Positions 38,532-52,134 of a stretch of DNA of 64,000 nucleotides are shown here, one piece after another. Each line of letters starts with the position of its first letter. Position 1 is the first letter of the stretch. The DNA comes from Octopus sinensis (Eukaryota), in NCBI RefSeq assembly GCF_006345805.1, contig NC_042997.1, positions 94,984,001-95,048,000 of the forward strand. The letters run 5' to 3'. The translations under genes were made by a program, and so were the position numbers. The notes beneath the pieces are model-generated. The model was given only the letters and a program-made list of their open reading frames with translations, searched no databases and was not told where the DNA came from.

Positions 38532-39803
38532 TCAGGTCATCCCATAAGTTCTGTGCGAATTTTTAATAAAGAAAACAAGTGATCAAATGTTATATTTAAT
38601 TGAAATTTAATTATCAATGTACTTTTCCTGATCATCTATAAATTCCTTCCATCTATTTACAAGCTCTTTAAAACCATCAATATAAAACACTTTTGGTTTC
38701 AAAGCGAAGAACTCTGCAATGTCAATTTCGACCTCCTTCTGGCTTGCGAAAGTTATGTCCTCCAAATGATACTGTAAACTACGAAACAAATGGTAGTCAG
38801 AAGGAGCGATGTCGGGAGAATAAGGTGGATGAGGACATTTTTTCCGAACCAAGCTCTTCCATCTTCTGTGACGTGATCTTTGCAGTGTGGGGTCGCGTAT
38901 TGTCCTGATTAAATATCACTCCTTTTCGATTCACTAAAGCGGGTCATTTTTTCTTAAAAGCTTGGTTCAAATGCTCTAATTGCATACAGTAGACTTGAGC
39001 ATTGATTGTTGAATTAGGCGGTAACTATTCAAAGTGAGCTACTCCTTTGCAATCCCACCAGATAGAGAGAAGAACCTTTTTTTTCTATGAAGTTCCCTTC
39101 TCGGTTGTGGTTGAGCTTTTTCCCTGTTACGAAACCACTGTTTATGACGTTAAGCATTTCGATAGAAGATCCATTTTTCGTCAGCGGTCACAACTCTACC
39201 CGAAAAGGGTGAAATGGGTTCGCGCGAATGGAGAGAAGAGCAAACGTCAACTCGGGATTTGCGGTTGCTTTCGGACAATGCATGAGGCACCCATAAACCA
39301 TAAAGTTGTTGAAGATGACGATGAAGAGTTGTATGGCTTGAACAAAGCTTTATTGCCAATTCTTCAACTGATAATGAAAGATTTTCTTCAAGTAATGCCC
39401 CAAGGAGCTTATCATCAAAATCAACTGGCCGTCCTGTTCGATCTTCATCTTCAAGGCTGAAACCTCTATTTCTGAATTTCGCAAACAATCTTCTGTAGGT
39501 TCTTTCGTTCAAGCATTCTTTCTCATAAACTGAGTGTTTGTTTCGAATCACTTCAGCTGAAGAGTTTCCTTTTTTGTACTCATAAAGCATTATGTGCCTT
39601 AAATGCTCTTTGGATACTTCCATGTTAGAAAGGGTTTTAATCAAAAAAATTTTAATTCGATTATTCTGTAAAATAATATTTAATTACTTTAAATGCACAC
39701 AAATGCATAAAAATAATTTTTAATTCCATTAGACATCCTAAAATACTATTAAATTTCATTCAATTTTTAAAAAGGTAAAATCGTACAGAACTTATGGGAT
39801 GAC

Positions 39804-39807
<4 letters not shown>
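38532..39807 (-). mobile_element. Full-length mariner (1276 bp), DD34D transposase pseudogene
   Basis: TIR TCAGGTCATCCCATAAGTTCTGT(G/A)CGA at both ends, flanked by TA. Motifs WVPHAL, TADEKW, NQDNTRPH and YSPDIAPSDY are present, with several stops and frameshifts. Confidence 0.95.
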
Positions 39808-39855
<48 letters not shown>

Positions 39856-39896
39856 GTGTATGTGTATATATATATATATGTATGTATGTATGTATG

Positions 39897-39958
<62 letters not shown>

Positions 39959-41632
39959 CATATATATATACATATATATATACATATATATACATATATA
40001 TATATTTCTGTCTAATAAAAGAGAGTGGTACCAATGTGCAAAATGTTTGTTGTAAAGGATATGATTTTTTTTGTTGAAACCAAATCTATGAGTTTTTCTA
40101 GTTAATCGAGTTTCAGAAAACATTCAGCGCTTTATATAAAAGTAATCATAAAGTAACTTACCACCACCACCACCAGTCTCACCACTGCCTATAGATATTT
40201 TTGGTCATTTAGCTACTGGCTAAAACAAATGGCTTTCTCAAATTTAAACGTAGGCTCCCTAACTGTTCACACACTCACGTACTCATTAGTCAAGACATAC
40301 GCTCATTTTAACTTTTAAAAATTCAATATAATTCTAAAGAGATATAATTCCCCCCCACACACACACACGTAAGCGCGCACGCATACACACATACTCACAC
40401 ACATGCGCCCACCCTCACATACTCAGCGCGCGCGCACACACACACAGAGAATCTATCGCCCGAAGTAAAATTCAATTAAAAAGATATTTTCTTAAAAAAC
40501 TATCCCTCGTTAAAATCACTCAGCCGTTAACACCACCATGCATAAGAGATATCGATAATATACGCACGATTAATCACTTTTTCGAAAAACATTAATCAAA
40601 AACCTTTATTTAGAATTACACACATGAACAAGAAAACAATATCAAAAACCATAACAGTCCCCTACATACGTTTGCACCATATACGAATATCACACCACAG
40701 AAATAACATATAAAACCGGGGAAAATACGAAAAATGTAACCAAAGAGCAAACACAGTAACGAGACCACTCATACACCAGTGGATATATACAAGATAATTC
40801 CTGAGTTGTTATTCTTTCCTAGAGTTTGCAGTGGCGTGAAGCACAGGTTGCGAGACAAAAACCCAGGCTAAGTTCCATTAAAAAGTCCTTAGATTTGTAT
40901 GTATGTATGTATGTAGTACATGGGAGTACATTTTGTAAACAAATTTTGGAAGCGCCTAATCTGTTGCTATTTTGCACACAAGAAAGTAAATTTTGAAGGC
41001 AGTAAAGCTGTGAGAACAACAAAGAAATATTGGGTATTTGTCCTTAGAAGAAAGAAAATGGTTGCCAGCTTGTATGTGTATGTGCGTGTGTGCGTGTGCG
41101 TTTGTGCGTTTGTTTGTACATATGAATCTGTTTTTGTGTGTGTTTGGATATATATACTTCCGTACACATACACATGCTAAGAAAAAATGTAATAGAATTC
41201 AATTAATTGGAAAATCTGAAAAACAATGTGCTGAGCACGTGACAAAAACTAATGAAAACCAATAAATCATTAATATATAATAAATTCAAGCAAAACTGAA
41301 AATATTTTATTCAAGAACTAGATGTAAAGCATTAGAATCTTCCCTCATAAATAACGTCGTAAACTAAAATAAATACATACTCTTTCATTTTATATATGAA
41401 TGTATATCCTTTACGGGTAAGACAGAAAGTGCCACTCATAAATAATATTTATTTTAGAAGGAATTATGAAAAGACACATTTGTATTATAACTTATACCGC
41501 AAACACGCAAAAAAAAAAAACTATGAAAACTCTCCGGTAGCCAAGTGACTTAAGTGAAATTTAAACCTACAAATATGCTTTACCTAGTTGCATATGTCGC
41601 TACTTTATAGCGACAGCAGACAGCAATATTAA

Positions 41633-41635
<3 letters not shown>

Positions 41636-41730
<95 letters not shown>
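41636..41730. repeat. (TATC)n microsatellite
   Basis: Read directly from the sequence. Confidence 0.95.
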
Positions 41731-41731
<1 letters not shown>

Positions 41732-41817
41732 AACTTACACGGTGTATTTTATAAATATGCCTCTTCAAGTATCATAAATACACAACCGAGTAGCTATCTC
41801 GGTTGTGTATTTAATTT

Positions 41818-41851
<34 letters not shown>

Positions 41852-42290
41852 TGCTCTGGTTGCACTAAGACAGGTTCGTATAGCTTTAATAATATTTACG
41901 TATAATTCTTTGCATGATAAAAATATTTCTAATCAGAAATATCATTATCTAGAATAGTAGGCACGCAAAATATTGTGCAGTATAAGTGGTATAACGCTAA
42001 TTGTCAGCTAATAAATTAAACATATATGGGTGCCATTTACCAAAAAAAATTCAATAGGTTTTCATTTGTGCAGATATGAAAACGCACGCACAATCAGAAA
42101 TAAACATTTATTTCTAGTTTTCTATGTGCAGGTTTGAAGATAGGGATTTCTACGATAGAAGTGATCTCTGTTCATGACATGTATTTTATTTTATTTTTTC
42201 TGAAAAGTTGAAGAATTAAGTTGATTTCAGAGAAATTTTAATCCAATAATAGATATGAAAATGATACAATAATGACATAAAAAATAAAGT

Positions 42291-42322
<32 letters not shown>

Positions 42323-42913
42323 ACGTTTCAGGTGTTGGTTCTAGGAGATAGGTATCTTCAGTCTTTTCAACCTCATCCACTACACTACCTTTTTCCCAAT
42401 TTTTAATGTTGCATTAGTAGGGATAACGATTGAATTGGTAGTTGCCGTGCTCGAACCATTATCGTTGCCGCTGCTAGTTTATGTCTTACATATTACAGGA
42501 AATTCAGCTTCATAATTAGAATTAGAATCCCGTGCCCTATTGTCGGTGTCATTGTTATTGCTGCTGTTTGAGGCCGTATTGGTAGTTTGGCCAACTTACC
42601 TTCCATCTGAATGTACAAGGCGAAGGCCCCTGAGGCTTGCAACTCACTATCACAATCACCTCTTATTTCCTCATCCATATCTTTTAACAAGCCTTGTGTC
42701 TCCTTGTACGTTTATAAAATTAATTTTGCCAGAACAAAATGAAAGTCTTCTTTCTGAAATTGTCCTCTCATAAGGGTACAAACGAGCAAACAAACTAGAC
42801 TATGCAATACTGGTACTTCTAACAAGCGGTGTGTAACAAAATAAACAATAAACAACTTTTGGAGACAAAAATTAAAGGAAAAATCCCAGAAGCAAAAATG
42901 TCATGCCTTCCGC

Positions 42914-42954
<41 letters not shown>

Positions 42955-42964
42955 GATGCAATGC

Positions 42965-44300
42965 AGTGTTAGCTATGAAGACCAGAAAAATGTTGTGAGT
43001 AGACGAAACCGTTCACCCTAATCGAGACACAGAGAGGCTGTACTTGTCTACAAGAAAGGGTGGGAAATACCCATGTTTCCAAAGGCGGCGAACTGGCAGA
43101 TACGTTAGCACGCCGGGCGAAATGTTTAGCGGTGTTTTGTCTGCTGTTGCGTTCTGAGTTCAAACTCTGCCGCGGTCAACTTTTCTTTTCATTCTTTCGA
43201 TAAATTAAGTACCAGTTACGCACTGGGGTCGATGTAGTCGACTTAATCCCTTTATCTATCCTTGTTTGTCCCCTCTATGTTTAGCCCCTTGTGGGCAATA
43301 AAGAAATAAGTAAGGGTGGGAGAGGTTTGATCAGTTGCCAGGACTGTATCGATGAAAAAGAAAAATGCGTAAGGTGGTATATAAAAAAATGCCGTGGAGC
43401 CTTTGATGAAATATACACAGAAGGCCGGCATTTTCAAAACTGAAAATTTTGTAATAAAAAAAATTATAGGAGAAATGAACACGCACAAAAAAAAGAAGAA
43501 AAACACTGAAGGAAAAATAAATGTACGGTCAGTCTGCAAGAGATGTGGATGAGGAGGAGTGACCTGAAGATACAGACAGAAGCACTTATATGCACAGTTC
43601 ATGTATGAGCATTCAGGACCAATTATGTGAAGTGCAGAAAAGACAACTCTGTCGACAGCGACAAATGTGTGGTGAGAGGGGAGAAACGGTATGGCACATC
43701 GTTAGCGAAAGCCCAAAATTGACACAACGCGATTACAAAAGGCACCATAGCAATATGGCAAGAATGGTCCATTGGAAGATCTGTGGATATTCGGCCTACA
43801 AAGAGCAAAGACGTGGTGTGAGATAAACCAAGAAATATTCATCAAGAATGAGAATGGCAAAATCCTTTTCGATGCAGAGATTCAGTGCGATCATCTGACC
43901 AGCCATCGGAAATTTAAAAAAAAAAGCCATCGGAAATAAAACAAAAGAAAAGAACATGATAATTGACATACCAATCCACGATGACAACAGGATCAATGTG
44001 AAAGAATAACAAATACACAAGTATGACCATTTGAAGTTGGAAATACGAAGGTTGTGTTCAATGAAAAGAGTTCACTTGATACAAATAGTAATTGGCGAAC
44101 TCGGAACAATCAGCATGCAACTACCAGCTGGGCTGAAAAGTATTGGTGCAAGTGTGAAGGAAGATCACCTACAAAAATCAGCATTGCTTGGAAGTGCAAG
44201 AAATCTTCGCAGGGTTCTTGAAGCATGACCACTAAACAAGTGTCAGCTTAGTCTGCTGGGTGTGAACAGCTGAGACTTCCAATCATACCCAGCAAAATAA
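42965..44300 (+). mobile_element. R4/Dong-type LINE 3' portion interrupted by a SINE
   Basis: HPNRDTERLYLSTRKGG/RGLISCQDC...; MCGERGETVWHIVSESPKLTQRDYKRHH; LQKSALLGSARNLRRVLEA*. Followed by (TAC)n(AAT)n. Confidence 0.8.
43066..43311 (+). mobile_element. SINE family A, well preserved, with a 10-bp target-site duplication
   Basis: AAGGGTGGGA at 43056-43065 and 43312-43321 brackets the insert. Box A-like TGGCAGATACGTTAGC and box B GAGTTCAAACTC are present. Confidence 0.9.
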
Positions 44301-44312
44301 GTTTTCATCACG

Positions 44313-44465
<153 letters not shown>

Positions 44466-44489
44466 TAATAATAATAATAATAATAATAA

Positions 44490-45590
44490 TAAGATCGGTA
44501 GAATGGGATAAAGGAACCTGTGCAAGACTTGCTTACCATTAGTTTTGAAGCTGTTAACAGGAATGCTTTCAGAAATCATTTACGAGCACTTCGACAACCA
44601 GAATTTACTACAAGAAGAACAAAAATGTTGCAGGATGAAGGTTAGAGGAGCGCATGATCTATTATACATAGATAAAGCAGTTCTAAATGAAGTAAAAGCT
44701 AGAAAACAAATCTAACAATATCATGGATAGATTATAGTAAATCATATGACATAATCTCACACTCATGGATAAGTGAAAGTCCGAGTATATTCAGTATAGT
44801 ATATATTCAGGAAAGTTGATATCAAAATAGGAATTTTCAAGGGGACTTGTTGCCCCCTTTAATATTTGCCTTATGTTTGATCCCCATCTGTTTACTATCA
44901 AGGGCAGCAAAGCCTGGCTATCAGTTCAGAAATACTCATGAAAAAATTAACCGTTTGCTCTACATGGATGATCTGAAGCTTTTTAAGAAGAATGAAAAAG
45001 AGACATATTACTTAATACAGACTGTAAGTCTCTTCAGCAAAGATATAGGAATGGAATTTGTCATAGATAAGTGTGAAATATAAGTCAAGAGAAGGGGACA
45101 GGTAGTCAACAGCGAGAGCATCCAATTATCAGAAGGCCAGGCATTAAAATCATAGAAAGGATGAGAGAGTTATAAGTATCTAGGTGTATTAGAATCTGAT
45201 AAAGTACTAACTACAGAAATGAAAACGAAAATTGAGGAGTACATCAGAAAGGTGAGGAAGCTAATTAAGTCAAATCTAAATGGTCCGCATTTAGTGAAGG
45301 CTGCAAATACTTGGACAGTATCATTACCTAGATACTCATCAGCTTTTGATGATTGGACAAATACTGAATTAACAAAGCTAGACAGAAAAACTAGGAGGAA
45401 ACTCAATATGAATGGAGGACTCCACCCAAAGGCAGGAGTAGCAAGATTTTACTTACCTAAAAAGGAAGGCGTATGAGATTTAATATCAGCTGAAAGCTGT
45501 GTAGATTTAGCTAGAGTAGATAGAGATTCCTATGTAGGTAATAGTGAAGAAAGTTTATTAAAAGCTGCTAGAGTCACAGCCAGGCATAAA
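44490..45590 (+). mobile_element. R4/Dong-type LINE internal fragment (RT), family D
   Basis: WIDYSKSYDIISHSW, an internal deletion, then GIFKGTC/LLPPLIF, LLYMDDLKLF, FSKDIGMEF and NMNGGLHPKAGVARFYLPKKEG. Confidence 0.85.
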
Positions 45591-47400
45591 TAAACTTACT
45601 GCTGGGCGTCCTAAAATAATCAAGCGCTTAAAGAGAAAGCTGAACAAACGATCACTACATAGTAGTGTTGTGTTGATGACTCTCTTGTCATAATCGCCAA
45701 CTGATGTTTCTGCAATTTATTGCTGAATAACCTGCACAGATGTATATACTGATCAAATGTATAAATTTTACATTAGCACATGTCCTCCGTCCTCTCGGCA
45801 TCACCTGTACAGGTGCACCATGTCCCATACGTCAGATATTGATGTGATCGAAGAGAGATGAAATTTTTATGCTCACGAACATAGCACACCGCCACAGAAT
45901 CGTAACTATCATCTTGCGATTGTGAGTGCAACACCCTAATCATTCGGCAATGAGCTTTCACATTTAAGTTTTACTTCTGTATTATATATCAATTCTATAT
46001 TCAATGATCAGAAGCACTACAAGAGATATGTATAACAGCAAACGCTAACATCGAACAAATACAAAATGAAACAAAATCAAAGAAAATAACTGCACATAAA
46101 GTATATAAACAATATTCAAACAAAAACGATCTACAATCATTTGAAAGCATCACATGAGAGCCCGCAACATACAAAACGTTTGACTCTTTAAAATAAAGAA
46201 AGCAACTCAATAGGTAACACTACACATAGAATACGCGGCCCCTCCAAACGGCAACAATACTACATAAGCTACCACATTAGAAACAAAGATGCACAGAAAA
46301 TCGAAAAATAATATAACAGAACCACAATTGTAACTGATGAATGCCATAAAGTACTCATGGAAACTTACAAACAAATGCATGAAATGAAGCGTTGCTTATA
46401 TTCGATGCTCATTTCATTTTATTTTCTGTACGGAAGCTCGTTTTGATATTTAAGAAAAATATAGTTTTTATTTGCCTATTTACACTGAGTATGTGTTCGT
46501 TTCGTATCCTAGTTTATGAAGATGTTATTCAAACAATATATATGGCATATAAAAATCAGATACTAGTTAATATACATTAACAGTTATACTTTCAGATATA
46601 AAGTGGGGCGTTGTTTGCCACGTCGGAAGAAAGCAGAGTTAATGTTGTGCGGGGGAATAAAATAAGCATTAGAAATACAACAGAAACAGAGAACATAATA
46701 ACAAGGAACTGCAAACAATGCCAAAGAAATGTAAGTTTATTGTCCACCACGCTTCTGAGGTAAAGAATAAACAAAATTTATAAGGACAAGAAGGACTTCG
46801 TGCTGGGAATCAAAACCCCGAAAACCAACATATTACGAACAAAGAAATCTGGATACATCCCAACAGACTCTGACTCACAAAACAATTCGGCAAGAAATTA
46901 TACTAAATTAAGATGCAAAAAATTACTTAACTCCGACTCGTGTAGATTATGGCAACAGAAAAGAAATTATATAGATTATGAAAAAAATATGATATCAGGT
47001 AAAATGGAGAGAGCTGCAAGCAAACGGAAAGTGTAAACAAATGCAATCGCCAAATTCTGCCAGAGGTCATGAATTAAAAGTCATGCGGCATCTTCCGCAA
47101 GGAGAAAATGAGAATCGAAATATTATTTCTTAAGGGTATTAAACTTATAATTTGTAATTTAGGCACTTGACCAGAAAATGGGGCGGGGGCAGTAGATACT
47201 GATTGATACTTTGATTTCTCGCAACGGAAAGGATGAAAGACAAACTTAGCCTAGATAATATTTCAAAATTATAATGGATAAATGTATTCAGTATCATAAA
47301 ATGCAGAACTCGTCAAAGAAAAACAAACAGTGGAGAATATATCATAGAAGTGAGAACATGGCCCACTATATAGTACATAAGGAACTTACTAACATATTAA

Positions 47401-49302
47401 CCCTTAGTCTACCAGAGAATTACAGAATTACAGCTCTTCATGGCAGTGAATGCATACATTGGAATGTTCTTGACAAATATGGATATTATAACTCTTACAT
47501 GAAGTACGAGTTCTCCTGTCTTGGGGTGGGGTGGGGGGGTACAAAATGAACATCCTTCTTTTTTCTGTGGTCCCTTTTTCTTCAAATGAGTTTGAAGATC
47601 GTCTTTTCTTGTTTGGTTGAGAAATGTTAGCGGAACTAGAAAATTGTTTGTGGTGTTCTTGTTGAGCATTAACTCCGGCAAGTTCCTTTCCTAACTGAAT
47701 TAGGTACTGTCTTCTTTTATTCTTGAAACTTTGCAAGTGAAGCTGTTTAGCAACAATGAAAGCATTCACTGCACTTATATCAATCATATTGTAGAATATA
47801 ACCATAGGCCATCTTTGAGTCATTCTTTTGCAAGTGTATGTCCTTACCATCTTATCTAGGGTATCTACTCCTACTTTTCTGTAATGTAATAATTTCTGGT
47901 ATCTTTTCAGCACTTTTTGCATCAATTGAAGGCTTAGAGTGCATTGTTCTCATAAGTGTGACTACATAATTTTTCTTGAGACAGTAAACTAGGATCATAG
48001 AATCTTTTTGAAATTCAAATGTTGTGCTGCTGATTTCTCCTTCTTTCCCACTTGTGAAAATACTTGGAAGTTCAACTCTGTTCTTTCTAATTGTTCCACC
48101 TAAATTACTTTTCTTCCTAAGCAACGTTCGAGCCAATCCTAGACTGGTAAAAAAATGATCCCAAGTTATATTGCAACCAGTATTTTCAAGTTCTGTTACT
48201 AGGTCCTCAACAACTCTTGAACGTTTATTTGTCTTTCTCCCTTTTCCTCGGTCTGTTCCAGAGTAGATTTGCATTTTCCAGACATAATGTGCTTCACTGT
48301 CACATACTGCCCAAATTTTAATTCCATATTTCCCTGGTTTTGAAGGAATATATACCCGGAATGAGGAGCGCCCTCTCAATGAAACTAATTGTTCATCAAC
48401 TGTGATGCAAGAACTTGGAACATATACATTTTGCGAATTCTGATTCCAGATTGCAAATACTTCTCTAATGGGCTCCAATTTGTCATCACTTCTCTTTTTT
48501 CTTCTTTCAATGGCATCATCAAAACGTAATACTTGTAAAATCTGTTGAATACTTCTCTGGCTCATAATTTTGTTGAATATTGGGCGGCCATCTTCTTGAC
48601 TCCATAACTGTGTGACATTTTCATGTTTAGATTTACAAATACCTGTAAGAATAATCAGTCCAATATAATTTCTCTAGTTCAGAGTCACCAAATTCCTTCT
48701 ATTTATCTCTGTAAACAACCTGACCTTCACCATTTGTCCAGTTACGAATTACTTCCAGAAGATTATGGCGCATAACGTTAGTAAAACATGTTTGAATGCT
48801 ATCGCAAAACATTTTAGTAAAGCTGGATGATCCACATTCTTGGTGCACAATATTGCAACATAAAGTTCTTACTGCTGCTTGGGAAAGAGGATTAGAATGC
48901 CAAACGTTTTGTCTGTCTCTATAAACATACTGCACATTCAAAATTGGGTGGCTTGCAGATAATTGGTTTTGAATATCTTCATCAGCTAATGACAGAACGT
49001 AAACTCTCCAGCACACAATCACTTTTACCATTATCTTCAGAACAATAGAAGGAATCACTACTATCTTCTTCACATTCTTCATCTAATTCCAGTAAACTTT
49101 TCGATATTAGATATTCACTCAAGTTTTCACGTTTAGGCCTATTGGAAAGCACAACTGAACTATATGAAACTTGATAGAAAACTAAAGGAAGATATTACTT
49201 TCTCACATATTTATACTCTCCTGAAAGATGATGTAATATATTGTTAGAAATGCATCATCACATAGAAATATTGCATCATCCTATAACCTAGTAGGCTGAA
49301 GG
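47401..49302 (-). mobile_element. Decayed piggyBac transposon (DDE_Tnp_1_7-type transposase pseudogene)
   Basis: TTAA|CCCTTAGTCTAC at 47397-47412. Motifs CITVDEQLV, GIKIWAVCD, ITWDHFFTS and GVDTLDKM are present, with a degenerate Cys-rich C-terminus. A possible degenerate opposite end GTAGGCTGAAGG|TGAT lies at 49291-49306; that boundary is uncertain. Confidence 0.85.
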
Positions 49303-50699
49303 TGATACAGTACCACACAATATTACAGGAATATTTTCATGATTTTTCCTAGTTTATCTAAAATTCATCAAATAAATTGAATGCAATTTTATCTATTTTA
49401 TATCTGATAAATATTCAGGAAAATAATATTTGATATTGCTTTTATTCTGTTTAGAATGACTGAAGTATTGTCTGAATTTAATTCGGGGGTCCAATGTACC
49501 CATACGGTAATTAATGTATAAAGTCGAATTTTCTAATTTTCCATTTAACAAATAAAAGAGAGTCAAGTAAATATAAGAGTCACAAGAAATCAGCAGAATC
49601 AAATAATATAGACAGTAGGAAAAACAACTAAAAGATTGTAATGGTAGACATTTGTAGACAAAAGGTTAAGAATGGTCAGAAAATGGAAAGCGACTGCGAC
49701 TGGAAATGACAACTGTTATTGCCGTTCATTATTTACATTATTTACAAAATTTCTCATCTCTTAAATACAGAACTGTGTTATTTCTGTTGCTATGGCTCTG
49801 TAGTGAGAGAAATTCTGCTAGATGCAATTTAGAAAACAAACTTAATAAGCAACACCAACATATTTTAGTTGCGTACATCTATATACATAATTCTTTAGAA
49901 AATATTAAGATACTTCAAGAGGTAAATGGAAAACCTCGCAAGAGATTTCTGAGGATAACAACACTTAGCATAGCCTGGAATGAGTATATGAAGTCATTTG
50001 GAAATGACACGTTTGGTTACTAGTGACAGTCACCTTGAATAAAGCAGCACCAATACTAGCAATGTACATCAACCATGCCACGTAAAATGGAAAACAATTG
50101 TATCAGAAATAGTTAAAATGAAATATCAGTTAAGTTATATCTTTCGCCATGAGAAAAGCAATAATTTTCCTCCATACTTTCATCAACATGTCGGTTGAAC
50201 GAAAACCTCGATCGTATTACATGCACTAGCTATAAACAAATCTCTCTTTGTAAAAGTAAACTACAAGGTAAAAATCCAGTTAGAAATCCTTATCAAAATG
50301 TTAGTATATTTAGTAAAAGCCTAAAGTGTGTATGACTGGAAACAAAAGTGTCAAAAGAACCATTAGAAGAGGTTAGATAACTAGAACTGACAGCATAAAA
50401 TTATATAAGGGTACCGAAATTAGAAAACTGCTCCAAAGTTTCCTATATAAATCTTAGGAGTTCATGAATACGATAGAAACTTTGACATGGCTCGTACAGT
50501 CAGATATGGCTTTAGTATTTTATTGTCTGTTATCGAGGTTTCGCAGCATTCCGTTTAGTATAACAAAAAACAAGTATACAGCAAAGCCAAACATTACATT
50601 TTACAAAACAAGACAATTCAATACCAATTTCAGAGTTCCAACAGATATAAGCTAATCGCAAACACAGCAGCAACAACAACAATTATGATAAAATAATCC

Positions 50700-50910
50700 T
50701 TTCTACTAAAAGCACAAGAGCTGAAAATTTTTGCTTGGGGATTATTCGATTACATAAACTCCAGTGCGTCACTGGTACTCAATTTATCTACCCTGAAAGA
50801 ATAAAAAGCAAAATCGACCCCGTCAGAAATTGAACTCAGATCGTAAAGACGGACGAAGTACCTCTAAACATTTTGCTTGGAATGCAAACTATTCTGCAAG
50901 CTCTTCACCT
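50700..50910 (-). mobile_element. SINE family A, decayed
   Basis: CTGGTACTCAATTTATCTACCCTGAAAG...GAACTCAGATCGTAAAGACGGACGAA aligns to 16620-16763. Confidence 0.75.
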
Positions 50911-50995
50911 TAATAATAGTAATGATGATGGTAATAATAATAATAATAATAATAAAAAATAATAATAATAATGATAATAATAATAATAATAATTT

Positions 50996-51444
50996 ATATG
51001 ACTGTCCCAATCGATATAAACGTATCTGTCAAGACCTACCAAAAACTGAGCAAATATAAAGATCTTGAAATAGAAATCAGCAAAATGTGGAAGCTGAAGA
51101 CTAAAACAATACCTGTTGTCATAGGTGCCCTGGGAATGATAGCGAAAGGGACTGATTGCTACCTAACTCAGATACCAGGAAACCCCAAAATGGCAGAAAT
51201 TCAAAAGATAGTGCTCATGGGAACTGCTCATATCCTACGCAAAATGCTCTCTATGTAATCCCAAGGTTTAAAACAAACTTTTTTATTTCTTTATTTTTTT
51301 TTTTATGTATTAGACATTCACTAGTACAACACCAAAAAAAAAAAACCCAAATATATGGCACAGAACTTCCAACCTGTTGTCTCTTGAGGTCTCTGGGTGA
51401 GACTTGGAGCCAACTTGTACAGACATAAAGCAAAAGTCAAACAG
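50996..51444 (+). mobile_element. 5'-truncated young Dong LINE copy (family A, last ~450 bp)
   Basis: Nearly identical to 59198-59655, with about six substitutions plus small indels by eye. Flanked by (AAT)n on both sides. Confidence 0.95.
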
Positions 51445-51459
51445 AATAATAATAATAAT

Positions 51460-51502
<43 letters not shown>

Positions 51503-51521
51503 TAATAATAATAATAATAAT

Positions 51522-52079
51522 AAATGCCCTGATGCAGTACCAGGCAGTGGCTCTCATGGCTTCTGATCTTAACTGATTGGAAGTGTTATCATGTACATTG
51601 TTTTGTCTTGGTATAAAAGATGGGCTACAGCAAATATTCTGCTCAATACCACAGATTTATTTGTCAGTTGCTTGACCATAACCAGTTGAGCATGTCCCTT
51701 AGTGGCTGACGATATGTGCATCTCTGATCACGAGCAGAAGTAGTGGGGGAGCATCATAGTCATGTGTTGAGAGGGTTTCTTTGGGGTTTGAATAATTCAC
51801 CTCTGGAAACATGGGTGTTTTTTTCAACATCCTTAAACAACCCTTATTCAGGGACCGTTTGAGCGGGATGGGCTACTCAACCTGAAGAAAATTCTAACTG
51901 GGCCCCACCTGTAAGGTCATGTGCTGTTTATCTTGATATGAGATCACCATGTCGCGCACATATGGTTGTGATGCATGTGCCTGGTGTACCTTTATCAGAC
52001 GGGTAGTCATGATGGGTATATTGGGCTTCGTATATTTTACCCCAGTGTCACTTTGATGGCATGAACTGCTCTCTCACTC
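51522..52079 (+). mobile_element. ~550-bp (AAT)n-flanked element, copy 3
   Basis: Same termini as copy 2 and high similarity throughout. Confidence 0.9.
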
Positions 52080-52132
<53 letters not shown>

Positions 52133-52134
52133 TA

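Noticed and set aside
40162-40188. 27-nt minus-strand microexon (GSGETGGGG) with a GTAAGT donor
   Set aside because: The acceptor lacks a pyrimidine tract and the segment is mostly a (CAC)n repeat.
46596-46730. 135-nt segment with a good acceptor and GTAAGT donor
   Set aside because: Stop codons occur in all three frames.
51700-51745. CUGACGA in the 550-bp element as a hammerhead core
   Set aside because: No GAAA follows a closable stem II (only GAAG further on), and no stem III/UH arrangement is present. CUGAAGA near 51882 also fails.
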